From positions 496,001 to 560,000 of the forward strand of contig JAPETS010000017.1 in NCBI GenBank assembly GCA_026023565.1: a DNA stretch of 64,000 nucleotides, written 5' to 3'. The DNA comes from Cirrosporium novae-zelandiae (Eukaryota). Below are positions 39,384 through 52,675 of this stretch, one piece after another. The translations under genes were made by a program, and so were the position numbers. Within the stretch, counting starts at the first letter, position 1, and each line of letters opens with the position of its first letter. A model generated the notes under the pieces. The model saw only the letters and a list, made by a program, of their open reading frames with translations, was not told the DNA's origin and ran no database searches.

Positions 39384-41535
39384 TCAAAAGAACATGCCCA
39401 AATTAATCCGTCTCCAATGGGCTCTCTCCGTATGAACCCACCAGCTCCTCCCTCCTCGGCACACAAGATTCCACTTTCCTGTGCATCCGCCTTTATCGCG
39501 CTGTTCCCTGCTTTCTTCTTCTAAAATATCGCCCATTTCTATTATTGCGACATCACTTCCTTCCATATCTGGTTCTAGATAATACCATACACGCGACTGG
39601 AGATTACCTAAAAAGCCCGCAAAGTTGAGGACTTTGGTAGGAATACGTTCGCAGTTGGGGAGACGAGGAATAGAGTAATCTGTTATCTCGATGCGCATTG
39701 ATGTGTTCAACCGAGCAGATTCAAGACGAGCTTGAGCGGCTTTCCGTGCGTTGGTAAGTGATCGCGAGTTATTTTCAGTTCCAGAAGGAGTAGACATTTC
39801 ACCAGGCCAGGTTGAAGAATGAACAACTTGATGTTGCGTTATTTGCTGCACCAGTGTTTGAGCTCGCTCGGGCTTGCGCATGAAAGTGTTGCCGGAGTAT
39901 CTATCAGCGGGGAGAGTAATTTCGGGGCGAGGTCGACAGACAGCTTGGAGTTCTCCTGAATGGTCAGAAGGAGCACGCAATTTGCGCAAAGCAGGAAAAC
40001 CACCGGCACGAATCGAAGATGCTAGATGTGACGTTGCATCACCATCCATCAGGATATCCCAATGAAGAAAAACAAGGGAGTCTGAGGCCAGGATCGGTTG
40101 TATAGCGACGGAACCAAGAGGTAGTGTAGGAGACGAATCTTGAATTAGAGTAAAACGCTTGAGGGACAGCATCGAGGACATTAGTTTGGACAACGTCAGG
40201 AGGGATTTGAGCTCAAGGTCAATGAGCGTGAGGCTTTGTAACGATCGCGAAGCCGAGGTAGTTGCAAATTGGAATAGCCCTCTATCTGTAATGCCAGGAA
40301 GGTTTTGGAGGCGAAGAGACTGTAGAGCAGGCAAAGCTTGTAGAGTCATATCCGTGAATTGATCTGGCCCAAACCCGGACATATAAACGTGACGAAGAGA
40401 AGGGAGGCGATAAAGTACACCGATAAACAATTCATGTTCGATTACACCATTACCATTTTGGGAGTGGAGAAAAAGGGTATGGAGTTGAGACCACGAGTCG
40501 TGCATGCGAATGAAAGCTTCAGTTTGTTCTGGATCCAATATACCCAACATACGGTCCATTGCCTGCGACGTTGGCCTATTCATTGCAGTGGTAACCCCTC
40601 CAACTAGCCATACGTGCTCCTTTAAGCTCCTCCGAGTTGACAAAGCGTAAGAGAGCCGGTCGAACTTATGGTTATATACCGCGTCAAAACCCACAAGCCG
40701 TTGCAAGTTAGGGCAGGCCATCACCAGCGAAGCAACAAGGTCAATTGCTATAGCCAGAGATCTTCCTTGAGTCAAGATCTCCATGGGAGGTACCCTCAAC
40801 TCGTGGACACACTCTGCCAGAGCCTTTCGCCCGCGTAAGGTCCTACGTAGTAATTTTAGTCGTGTACCTGATTTCATTTTGTATTTCTTCTGATGCGCTA
40901 GAGAATCTTGACCCAAGATGTGAATCCGATTATATCTAACCGAAAATTAGCCCTCGATTCAAACTCGATTTTGTTCCTTCTGCCTACAAACGAACCCTTG
41001 CAGCCCTGTTCCAGGCTCGACTGGTGAGGGCAAGGCTGCAAAGATCTCTCATATAACATGTTGCGCAGCTAGGGGATGATGGGTCCGAATGCAAAATTTC
41101 GATTTGTCGCAATATGCAGTCGTATATTTCCTGAGGCAACAGCTTAAATGCTGATTTTATTGTGGAATCCCCCAACACTGGCTTCCCAGGATGAGCTAAA
41201 GACCCTTTTGGCCGAAGAGAACTCGGCGATGTTGGGGTTGTAGGGTGTAGTGAAGGGGAAGATGGATAGTCCATCAACGCGGCGACTGAAGCGCGCATCG
41301 GTCTGTCCTGGCTATTGTAGATGGGACTGCGCGAGCTAGAAGGTCGTTTTGCTTGCGTGGAGACCACTTTTTCCGACTTGCGATCACGGCCATGTCTTAG
41401 AATAGTCAGTTTGTCATGTGTTGTATTTTTAGGAAGACGCCAGGGTTAGATATATGGGATCACAATCGTAGTGAGATTATCATACCGAGAAATGTCTGTA
41501 TCGCTTTTACTGAAGAACAATGAAGCTCGTTGCAT
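39384..41535 (-). CDS. F-box / leucine-rich-repeat-like protein, 3 exons
   Basis: F-box-like LPQEIYDCIL..DLCSLALTSRAW. LRR-like LPSLRHVYMS, LPALQSLRLQNLPGITD and LQSLTL. Two GT-AG introns at ~41397-41485 and ~40936-40987. Confidence 0.8.
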
Positions 41536-42023
41536 GGTTGCAGATCGTTAGATCGTTAGGAGGTGAAAGATAAAACAGTTATGTTGAAATATAATTATTG
41601 ATTAACAAAAAACAAACAAACATTAATATTTGATAGCAATTGGATGTTGGAGTAAAGGAGCAACTCGGTTGGTGATTGTGGATAGATAGATAATGGTAAT
41701 TGATTCTCCACATGATACATCTCTAGGTCAGCAGTGGTAGTTCCAGCTCAGGGAAACTTCTGTTCAATGCTCGCTAGATGATAAATTAGACCCACGCCAC
41801 TGAGAGCACTGATGGAGAGCTTGCGAAGCCAAAATTGCCAAAGCAGCCGAAGCGTTTAAGATGAACTAGTCAAGCATCCAAGCGTGAAAGCGTCTCACTT
41901 AAGGGAAATTCCAGTACTAAGAAAATGCCAGCTGAGTGATCTCTGTAAATAGATCGGCCCCCAATTTCCTTCTCAACTGCCTTCGGATCCGCTCTGATAT
42001 AGGTAGAATCCAGTCACCATTAA

Positions 42024-42071
42024 CATCATCATCATCATCAACATCATCATCATCATCATCATCATCATCAA
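42024..42071. repeat. (CAT/CAA)n microsatellite, about 16 units
   Basis: Read directly from the sequence. Confidence 0.9.
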
Positions 42072-44350
42072 CTTCATCCAATCCTTGACTGCTCTAATCC
42101 ATCAAGAAATCACATTTCAACAGTGTCAATCCCTCGGGTAATATCATTGTCAGTCTTGGAAGTACCGATATTCTCCCCAACTGAGACCAAGTCTGACGGA
42201 TAAAAAGCCGAGCAAAACAGCTCCAGGCCAAGGGCTTGGAGGACCTTACTTGTTCAAAAATCCATGTTCTTTTTTCTTATTTATTTCTTTTTCCTGTAAT
42301 GGACGCAGAATTAATTTGAAGCTAAGAGCTCTGTTATATAGAAACTATTCTTGCTCTTATTGATGGTACATTTCCATTCCACTATCCTGCTCATGGGTTG
42401 GACCTGACTAGTTGATAATGACGATGACGATGGCGGTTGATTTTGGCTGAAGCCGAGAAAGCGACACACCATGTTTGACAGAGCAACAACCGCACCTCTC
42501 CCATCGCCTAAAAAATACCAGTAGGCAGCCATCTAAGTCATCCAACATCATCATTTCTCCTGAAGTTCCCCTAAAGTTAAAGTCGCCTCATCCTCAACAA
42601 TAATTTGTTCCAGTTGATCTTGTCATTTCTTTTGTGATACTACTCCTTGTAAGCGACAAGAGCTATCATACTAGTATCAGAACTTTCATTGCATGCATAG
42701 TTGATGAGTACTATAAAGAGCACGAATTTCTTGAAGATCCTGCAAATATAACCAAGAAAATATAATTACCAGACCACAGAAATTTTTCAGACCTTCCAGT
42801 CTCACTTGGCAAAAAGGGTAGTTCTAACAAGGCTGAAAGAGCTTCAATAGCTACCTTCAATACTCGAATCTCTTTATTATGACTTGCTCATAAAGACCTT
42901 AGCGAATTTTTGATCAGTCTTTTCTAAAACTTTTATGTGGATGCTCATTCTCCATCAATACCGGACATTCAAAGCACCTTGCGTGGCTTTGTTGGATCGC
43001 TAGCAGCGTATGAACACTATGTCATGTAAATGACCTTTGCTTGAATCTACTTCTTTATTGGACAGAGCAGGGGATGAATAATCTTGTTGTAGCTTGTCAG
43101 ACGTCTCCATGAAGAGATCTTCCAGTTAACATAACTCATCTTGAGTGGTACAGACCGCCGGCCAGCTTACTACAGGCGTTGTCTCATATTGAGGATATCA
43201 CGACGACTATATTGAAAATCTATAGGTATGACAGCTCCACTCCTCCCAAGGCAAGTTGACTTTATTAATTTATTCAGCTTCTTGTTCTTTCTTCGCACCG
43301 TTAATCCTCTATATTCTAGATGTAAGCTTAGTCTGAAGCTCAACGCCATAGGTAGCCAAGCAAATAGGCAGACAGGAAGATAGTCCCTGCATACATACAT
43401 GAATGCGGGACTCCTAAAAGAAGGTCAGCCTTGACTTGAATGTAAATATTCGATTTCATATTAGTATTACCCTCAATTAATTAAGCGAAGCGTGTAGCTA
43501 CTCTTGGAAGAAGAGAGAAGGATGTCGAAGCTCTGAGATTTAATAGATAGAGGATTAGTGAGATTAGAATAGTGTCTGTCTGTCTAGGACACGGGAATTA
43601 ACTTCCATGAGCCACTATCACCATAGCAACAATAATAATACCTCATGTCCTAAAAAAACAAAAAAATATATAAGACAAAGTATATTTATTATACGTATTT
43701 ACCTTGATCATAATGAAACAAGAAGTCGGAATATAGTGCTATCATTCATCATATTCACCTTCCAAATTAACTGGTCGAGACGTAGTTGCTTTTTGTTCTT
43801 TTTTCATCATGTACGTCCGCTTTGAGACCTATGTACAGAAAGATGTTTATGTTACCCTTCAAGGAAACTTTTTTCTCCGAAACGACCTAGTGCTAACTTG
43901 CATGATTCACAAAAACCGAAACGTAAAATAAAAAGAAGTCCGATGAGAAAATATTCCATGGGCTATAGTTGAAAAATTAAGGGTTTTTAGAGAAGATGGA
44001 TGCCGGAAAACGAAGAAACTACTTTCATTGATGGTCACAACAGACACATGCCCTCCCCATGATGCTGGTATTCACTGTGTGCTGCAGTCCGCTAGAACGC
44101 TCCCAGAAGCACGTTGGTTAAAAGCCACGACGCCATAAATGCTGTTGGCAAGGTAAGAAAAGAAAACAGACGGACAAACTATATTATTTTAGCTCCTAGG
44201 CATCAGAAAAGAATTGCGATCCTTGAACGAGGGTTTTCAGAAATTACAAGTTGTGCTTCAAACCAATGCAAACATTGATCATTGCATGATCAGGTATAAT
44301 CATAATTCATGATCGTAAAGGATCCAACCAGATTAATGCTAATCATTTCA

Positions 44351-47300
44351 TCATACATCAAACTGGTCGTGGTTGAATATGTTATCCTCGACACCAGTCT
44401 TCACCACACCACTCATGCGGTCGGACTTTTTTCTGTCGTGAAAAGGGTCATCTGAGTTATCTTCATCTGTTTGTTCATCTTCTTCCATTAATTCTGAATC
44501 GTGGTCTCTAAAATGCTCATCCATGGCACTCTCATCAACAAAGGTAAAGCCTTTGAAGTTTGCTTGCATCCCCGGGGAAAGTGGTGTAGATGCAGGCATG
44601 GCCCCTGCAGCGAGGGCCGCTGCTCTTGCATTTAGCGATGATGCATTGTTAAGGGCATTTGTAAATTCGGGATCGAAGTTGGATGTATCCAGAGCAGACT
44701 TCAACTTTGGCTTGAATGGAGGTTTCACATCCTTCTTCATCAGAGCATCCCAGTCAATATCTGCAAAGAATGGGTGTCGCTTAAGTTCCGATGCGTCATC
44801 GAGTGCTCCGAGACGATGCCTGGGGTTCCGGTTGAGCAAGCCTTTGACAAAATTTCGTCCTTCGGTGCTGAGTGCGTCCCTTGGGAACCTGACCTTACCA
44901 AAGGCAATGTTCTTATACATCTGTTGTGTATCTTCAGCGTAGAATGGGCTCCAGCCACAGCACATTTCGAAGACGAGAACCCCAAGCGACCAAAAATCAA
45001 CCATCTTAGTATAGCCTTGTTCATCCAACAGTACCTCCGGAGCGAGGTATTCTGTTGTACCACAGAATGTGTTTGTAGTATCGTTCTTAGTCAGATTGGC
45101 CTTGGACAGACCAAAGTCGCAGAGTGCAATGTGGCCATTAGCGTCAAGGAGGATGTTCTCCGGCTTTAGATCTCGATAAACAATATCATGTTGATGCAAA
45201 TGCTGCAGTGCAAGAATGAGCTCGGCGATATAAAATTTCGCCCGTGGTTCTGGGAAGCGCCCTTCTTTCTGCAAATGCCAGAAGAGCTCACCACCCGACA
45301 TGTAATCAGTAATAAGGTACAAATCGGTCGGTGTCTGAAAAGAAAATTTTAAGCCAACTATGAAAGGTGAATCGGCCATAGCGGTACGGACTAAAATGTT
45401 CCTTTCACCCAAGGTATGTGCTACCTCTTTTTTCTGAATAATAACTTTCTTCGATAACACCTTCATAGCATAAATCCGCTGAGTGTCTTTCTTCCTCACT
45501 TGATAGACTTGGCCAAAAGTGCCCTTGCCTATAAGCTTTAGGATCTGAAAGTCTTCCGGCCCATAATGTCTCTTGTCGGTTTTCATGTATTTCATTTTGA
45601 GGTAAATTTCCCCCGACACATGTTCATCCTCTTTGCCTCGGGACTCAAGGGCAAACCAACCTTCAAGTGTGCTTTGGTCTTCCTTTAAATTCAGACAAAG
45701 TCTTACATGGCCGAGAAAAGCTTCTTGGCTTGATCTGTCATACACTGAAACATCAATCTCAGATTGGTTTCCAGTCACGTCACTATTCTAGTGTTAGCTA
45801 ACGAAGCATAATACAACAAGACTGGAAATCATACAACGTAGCCTCATGGTCCCATCGAGGGTTAGTTACTTGGTTCTTGCTCTTGAAATCGTTTTGATCG
45901 GTGGAGCTATTGTCACTGCTCTGCCTGCTCTTCATTGGTATTGCCATTGCCTTACCCATATCGCTATCAGACCGTCTAATTGGAACTCCACCCAGACCAT
46001 CATTTTTGAATTTTGCCTCGGGAACCGTGTCAATGTCTCCATTCTTAGGACCCTTGGATATATACTCGTTCCACTCGAAAACACAAACAACATAAGGGTC
46101 GAAACTCGGGCGAAGGCTCTTGCCTTCGGAAATCTTTACGGAAAGCTTGCCCTTTGGGGTGCCTACTGGGGGAGACCCACTCGACGTCGATGCATTCGAG
46201 CTAGTTTCAGATTTTCCTCTTGGTTGATCACCCAGTCCTGATGATAACATATTATTGGTTTGCTGCAGCACGCGTTGCTCGGACGTCATTCCATCTGTGG
46301 ACAATGCACGTGGTGTTTGGGGGGGGGTATTCTTTTGAAGTGGCGTCAGGGCCACATTTTCAGTCAGTTTCTTTAGTTCAAGATAAGATTTTGAAGCCGG
46401 GAAATAAGTGCCTGCCAGGGTGGGAGAACGAGGGGTATCTGGGGTCGATGATGGATGACGGGAAGTGGGGTTCGAGATATGCGCAGCATGAACTGAAGAG
46501 TTTGTAGTGATACCAGAAAGGGGATTGAATATGGCAAGTGTGTTTCTCCGTGATTTTATGGGAAATATGAGGTCGGAGAGGTCCCCATTCTGGGAAGACT
46601 GATGACTGTGCACTGGTGTAGATTTGCCATTGGCATCTGTGATCTCTTCAGACGGATACGTCGCCTGTTCATGGGGTAATAGTGGGGGATAATGATCATC
46701 AACTTCATGATTTCCATGCCGGGGACTTGAAGCCATTGAAGAATGTTCATCATCATTGTATTCACAGTGATGCTTAGAAGAGAATGCTGCAATATCTCCG
46801 TTTAATGTAGGAGTGACAAGGGTAGATTCGGGACAGCTAGAGTTTGTCGAACGAGGTGCACCCACCTGTCCAAAATAGCTAGGCATAATGCCTGGCATCC
46901 GCTTATCGGTAAGGTCAGGTTGAGGAGTAGCGATACCCGAGGGCGTAGATCCATTGGAATTGACGCGACTATGGCTATCATCCTCGTGACGCATGCTGCT
47001 GTGGTCACCGTTAGATTTTATTTTAGAAGTATTGGGATAAAACAGTAGCCAATAGCATGTTTCGAGAAACGAAAAGCTTGTGATTTTACTAGCGATCGCC
47101 ACTTAATAAGTTCGGTAATTGAGGCATAGTAACAAGAAAGATTCATGATATAGATATCGAGGTAATAAGTAAGAAGAAACACTAGTAATATCCTGATGAG
47201 ATTTGATGAGTAGGTGAATAACAAAAAAAAATGGTTTTAGGATTGATTGTTGGGAGCTTGGAGATAGTTTAATGGGCAAGGTGTCCGAAAATAGATCGCA

Positions 47301-47549
47301 TGCTGCATGAAGGTCGACGTGATGCCAGAGAGACTGTATTTGAAAGACATTTCCAATATGTAGTCATATAACGAGGAATGAAAGCTTTAGGGAAAAAGAG
47401 CCAACAACCGCAAGACTTTAAGGCTCACGACCAAAAGACTTAAACAATGCCAAAAAGACAGAGTAATATTTAAGGACTCACTTTTGCATCATCGCTTGTC
47501 TTAGCAGATCAGCCGCTGCATGGGAGTTGACTCCTTCATAACTCGCCAT
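44351..47549 (-). CDS. SCH9: AGC-family Ser/Thr kinase Sch9 (C2 domain plus kinase domain), 3 exons
   Basis: Kinase motifs GKGTFG, YAMKVL, YRDLKPEN, DFG and TFCGTTEYLAPE, with hydrophobic motif FKGFTFV. C2 segment PYVVCVFEWNE. Exon 1 is 47549-47482; introns 47481-46999 and ~45834-45783. Confidence 0.95.
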
Positions 47550-50500
47550 CCTGAACCGCCCACCCCGCTTTTCCCTAGATTTCTTAAACTGATTATTCTG
47601 GTGATATTTTCCCTATGTCCCTACGTATATTTCAAATCCACTGACAGACGTATTTGATTCCAAGGTGAGAAGCAATATCGCAAAGGGTGCTGGTGGTGGT
47701 ATCGATTTCGCCGGAAAGTTCAGCGATGACGGTGGGAGTGGTCGGTATAACAGCGGTAGCGATTTAAGGCTGGGTTGATAGAGGTGAGGACGATCCGAAT
47801 GACTCTGTAGAACTTGTAAACAAGCGATAACAAAAGCTTAAACAACAAAAGTAGTAAGACGAGTAGTCAGACAAGACTATCATTCGTACAGAAGGTGTGG
47901 CGAGGGTTGATAATCAAGGTAAGAAGGTGAGAGTGTAGATGTAGGAGATGGAAGCTGGAGAGAGGCCTCTCTTTCTCACTCTCGCTCTCTCACTGTTAGT
48001 ATTAAAGTCCCTTGTCAAAAACCCGTCATACCTACCAAAGCTTAAATTTCAGTGCCCTTAGTGTGGCCGGCTTGGAAACACGCACACACAGGGTTCTTTG
48101 GGAGTTAGACTGAGGCCAACGAGGCCAACTGGACACTGACGCTCACTGCCACTTAGATCCTCAGAGTAATGGAACAGCAGACTTGAGTTTTTTTTGGTCG
48201 TGTTTTCTCGGAACAAGCAACGGACTCTCAGAAGAGGGCCGGCCTTAAGAAGAGAAGAGCCCGGGCAAAGATGTCGGTGGGAAGCACTGAAAATTCGAAT
48301 AGGGTCTGTCTGATACAACTGATACACTGATACTGTCTACAAAGAGGTACCTGTACATAACAACATTTATTATTACCTTAATCGTTCAAGTTGAAGGAGA
48401 AAAACTTCTCCTCATCCTCTCCTCATTTACCTCTTTGAGCCCACATAGACAAGATTTTTTTTCTCTCTTTCTTTGCCTATCAATCTTTATTAATTCCAGG
48501 CTACCTTTCGGCTTTCCTTTTAAGGCATCATGTATGAATGATAAACGCGATCTATAAGAATTCGGCCGTATCAAGTAGCCTATAAGAAATGGTGGGTCAT
48601 CAATTATCAGGGCTCTGCTACCCTGCGACTCTGGTTGCTCTTGTAGTCATTGACATCAGATCGATCTACCCCAAGAAGCCAAAAAGGCACCAAGATCCCA
48701 GTTTCAACCGCTTCTATGGGCATAATTGCCATAATTGCCATGAACCCCCTCGACTATCTCTCGTTACATACTTTAAGCTACGTTGGTCCATGTCTTTTAC
48801 TACATCAATCCACATCAATCCACACTTCGGATATTGCTTTGGATGTAGAAAGTACTTGAAACAATTACTCAATGTCTTAGTTGAAAAAAAAAAGAAAAAA
48901 GAAAAGAAAAAAACTCTACTAAACTCTACGATATTACATTACATTACTTCCAGGATAAGGAATACTCGCAAGACTTGATGCATTAACTGCGTAGTAGGTC
49001 CCTGGAATTTCCGACAGCTCCTCATTAAGGCGCAATTCTAGGTTCCTACCCTCGCCGCTGGTATTCGATCATTTATGGGCCGACTGTTATTCTCTGCTAC
49101 CATTGGTTGTAGAAACAGTAGGAAATAAATCTAATAATATCTGCGGAGAAGAGACAAGTAGAGAATGTGCCTTTAATGTGCTGTGAAGGTGCCTTCTAAC
49201 ATTCCATGTGAGCGTCCATCAGAGCCTATATGGTTCAAGCATAGCATCAAGCTAGCACCAGTAAGCACTGACAACTCATGTTTCACGAGAAGCACATCCG
49301 ATGAAGCGGTATATTAATCTTGAGGATATCCATCCTTCCGAGAAGATCTTTGCAACCCATTCTCCATTTCTCAATGAGTGCACGATATGTATTCTGCAAG
49401 CGCAAACATGGAAGTTGATCTAGCGCTAACAACTACCCGATCAGACATTTATCACAGTAAAAATACAGAATAGGAAGTATCTATACAACCCTTTCAGCCA
49501 CCACTATTTTTGCCCCAATTTTGCCTAGGCACACAGTTGAATCAATTTTCAACACTAAATTGCTTCTCACGTGTCCGGCCTCAACAAGAGAGTCAGATAA
49601 CTCAGTCAGAACTTTCTAAAGTTCTAAGTGTTAAAACCACTCTAACAAGGCTGTACAGACACCAGCCTTATTTTATATGTGGTATTTATTATTAAGACTA
49701 CCTAGGCCTCCTCCAGGATAATAAAAGTAGGCTACCGCAACAACCACTCACCAATATTCCTTACTCCAGATGATAATCATTTAACCGCGCTTTGAGCTTG
49801 TATGACATCGTTATTGAGCATGCTTTCAGTATCGTGCATGGTAGATGTAGATAAGGCTGAGAGGGTAAGCTGTTGCCTGTAGGCGGTAGGTCTATATACT
49901 TGTTACGCATGATCTTCTGTTCGGTGAGGACTACATGGATGGCAATAACTTGCTTCAGCTCTTCTTGCTACTATTGTAATCCTCCGCCAATCTTAGATAG
50001 CTGAACATTCTCCATGAGGGATTCTCAGCTGACTGGTGCAAGGATATCAATGCTGTCATTTTGATATGGCGAGCTCAAACTCTAGAACATGGTAGTGTCA
50101 TGGTACCACCTACAGTACAAGACCACCCGTCATTTAAAGTACCAGTAGAACCACGATATTGATGCATTTTTGAAAGTCATACAATGATGTTTGGTTTTGA
50201 CTGGCAAAACAGGATTTTAAACTTCTGAATTTAAATGCTATGCTCAATATGTCAAGCTTGATATAGTCTTTGACATCATCGTAGCGCTATATAATGCTAT
50301 GGAAGGAAGGATGGTATAATGAATGCTGACGGCCTTATTTGGATCCCTAGATGCCCAGATACCCAAATGGCAACAAAAATCTCCATGTGCCTCCGGAGTA
50401 GTTATACAAAATATTCCTAGATATGAAAATACAAGTTTTGGGTGAGCTATACTAAAAAACCCTTAATCAGTGATTCAGTAAGAAAGAAACCGTTAAACTG

Positions 50501-50925
50501 AATATTCTAGAATAAGATCTAGACGAAAATCCAAATAGCTCTCTGCTTGACATGAGGAGCAAATGAAGTTAGAAGTTATAGTGTTAAAAATATTAACCTA
50601 GCAAGATCATAAAATGCAACATTACGAAAATTATTTAAAAGAATATATAAAACATACAAATATATAACATTACTTTTGTTTTGATGTGAAATGTATGTCG
50701 TAGAGGTTCCAAGTGAATAATTATGTTGGTAAGGTGTAGTAGAGTTCGCTTTAGGAAATCTCCGGATTGAGATTTAGCTAATGAGAGTGAATTAGCTTAG
50801 TCATACTTATTGAGGTGCTTCGCTGACGCGCGAACATCAAACTCAGAGAGCGCACCTGTGAACAAATCATGGATGGAGCTTTATGAAATGTTTTGAGGTT
50901 GTTTTACTGATATCTAACAGAAAGA

Positions 50926-52675
50926 ATGGCACGAAAGTTAAGAGCAGCTGCACAGGCAGCTGCAGCATCTATAAGTTAGTAGCTAACCTTCCCCTTTTTC
51001 TGTTTGCAATTGTCTTTCAACATTACTGACTGTTCGAAGGAACCCCAATACCAGATATCAAAGGTGATTCAGACGAAGAAATGGCTGATGTGGATGCTGT
51101 ACCTCAATCGCAAGTGTCCACACCCCAGGAAGATAGAGAGGAGGATGCCGAGGAAGATGAACAAGACGAAGTGACCTCAATCGCACCAGAATCTGAAGCG
51201 CAATCACAACCAGCAACTCCTGCGCCTGTGCCTCCGGTACAACCACGAAGGAAGCGTCTTGGTAGACCTCCAAAAAATAAACCACCTGACTGGGATTTAC
51301 CTGATGATAACCAACCTGTGGCTACTCCTGTTAAGCGACGACGTGGTCGACCTCCTGCATCCGGTAGATGGGCTAAAAGAGGCGGCCCTTCGCATGTCAC
51401 CCAAGTGCCCATTGATAAAGAAGGAAACATGATGCCTGTTATTGATGATGAAGTTGCTCTTCCAGAGGACCCTGAGGGAGAAGCAAAGGTTGATAAGCTG
51501 GGCAACCTGAAAGGTGGAAGAGAGTATAGGGTCAGAACATTCAAGATCCTCAACAAAGGCGATCGGTTATACATGCTTTCGACTGAACCCGCGCGTTGTA
51601 TCGGATTCCGCGACAGCTATCTCTTCTTTCAGAAACATAAACAACTCTTCAAAATCATTATTGGGGATGACGAGAAACGGGATCTAATTGAGCGCGAACT
51701 CATTCCACATTCATATAAAGGCCGAGCCATTGGTGTTGTCACCGCGAGATCAGTCTTCCGAGAATTTGGCGCGAAGATAATCATTGGAGGAAAAAAAGTT
51801 ATCGATGATTACCAAGAAGCAACTGCAAAAGCCAACGGTGAGGTGGAGGGTGAACTTGCTGTTCCCGACGACAAGCTTCCAGGACCAGGAGAAACATATG
51901 ATAGAAATAGATATGTTGCATGGCATGGCGCCAGTGCTGTCTATCATTCTGGGGCTCCGAGCGTACCAATGCCAAACGGGAAAATTATGGATAGCAAGAA
52001 GCGGAAGGTCGTCGTTACGGGAGTAAACTGGATGCTTGAACACGCTCGAGCAGCAAGGTAAGAGCTTATTTACTATACGTATGGCTTAACGTTACTAACA
52101 CACAGTTTTACTTGTCTAGTCGTTGGAACTCTGCCCTGACGGAAGAGCGAAGAAAGGCAGCAAATGGAACATATGATCCGCATACCAACTCCGTTCATTA
52201 TCCAAAAATAATGCAACCAACTCATGCTCGATTCGAACTCGTGTCTCCGTCTCATAGTGTACATCAATCAACGAATAAATCCATGAATAGCAATGACGCA
52301 TACATATTCGAAAATGGCATTCAACAGTCCGATACGAATGATCCTTCAATAAATGAGGCGGAGCATACGCATACCATTTTCCCTCCGGTTGCACCGATTC
52401 ATGCTCGCAATTTCATTGTCGAAGACACTGTCTATGAGAGTCCACCTGTATCCCATCTTGGTATCCCTGGTCCTGATGGTGATATGGTGGACATTGGTTT
52501 TAATGGAATTTCAAATATCGAGGATGACATCGTGGCTGAACTGCCGCCTGAGTGTCGCAAGGCATTTGAAGAAGCAAAACAGCAAGAGCTTCATTGGAAA
52601 GGAAAATGGCAAACGGAACATGAGAACGGGCTTAGGACAAATACAAAGATTCCTTATACTTATATCGCGAAGTGA
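50926..52675 (+). CDS. NPL6: RSC/SWI-SNF subunit Rsc7/Npl6 (Swp82 family), 3 exons
   Basis: AT-hook-like GRPP motifs and GEAKVDKLGNLKGGREY..YMLSTEPARCIGFRDSYLFF..VTARSVFREFGAKII. Introns ~50975-51039 and 52058-52119. Confidence 0.9.

Noticed and set aside
46999..47102. GTG-initiated N-terminus of SCH9 suggested by the ORF track
   Set aside because: It lies inside intron 1. An ATG-initiated upstream exon with a good donor explains the gene better.
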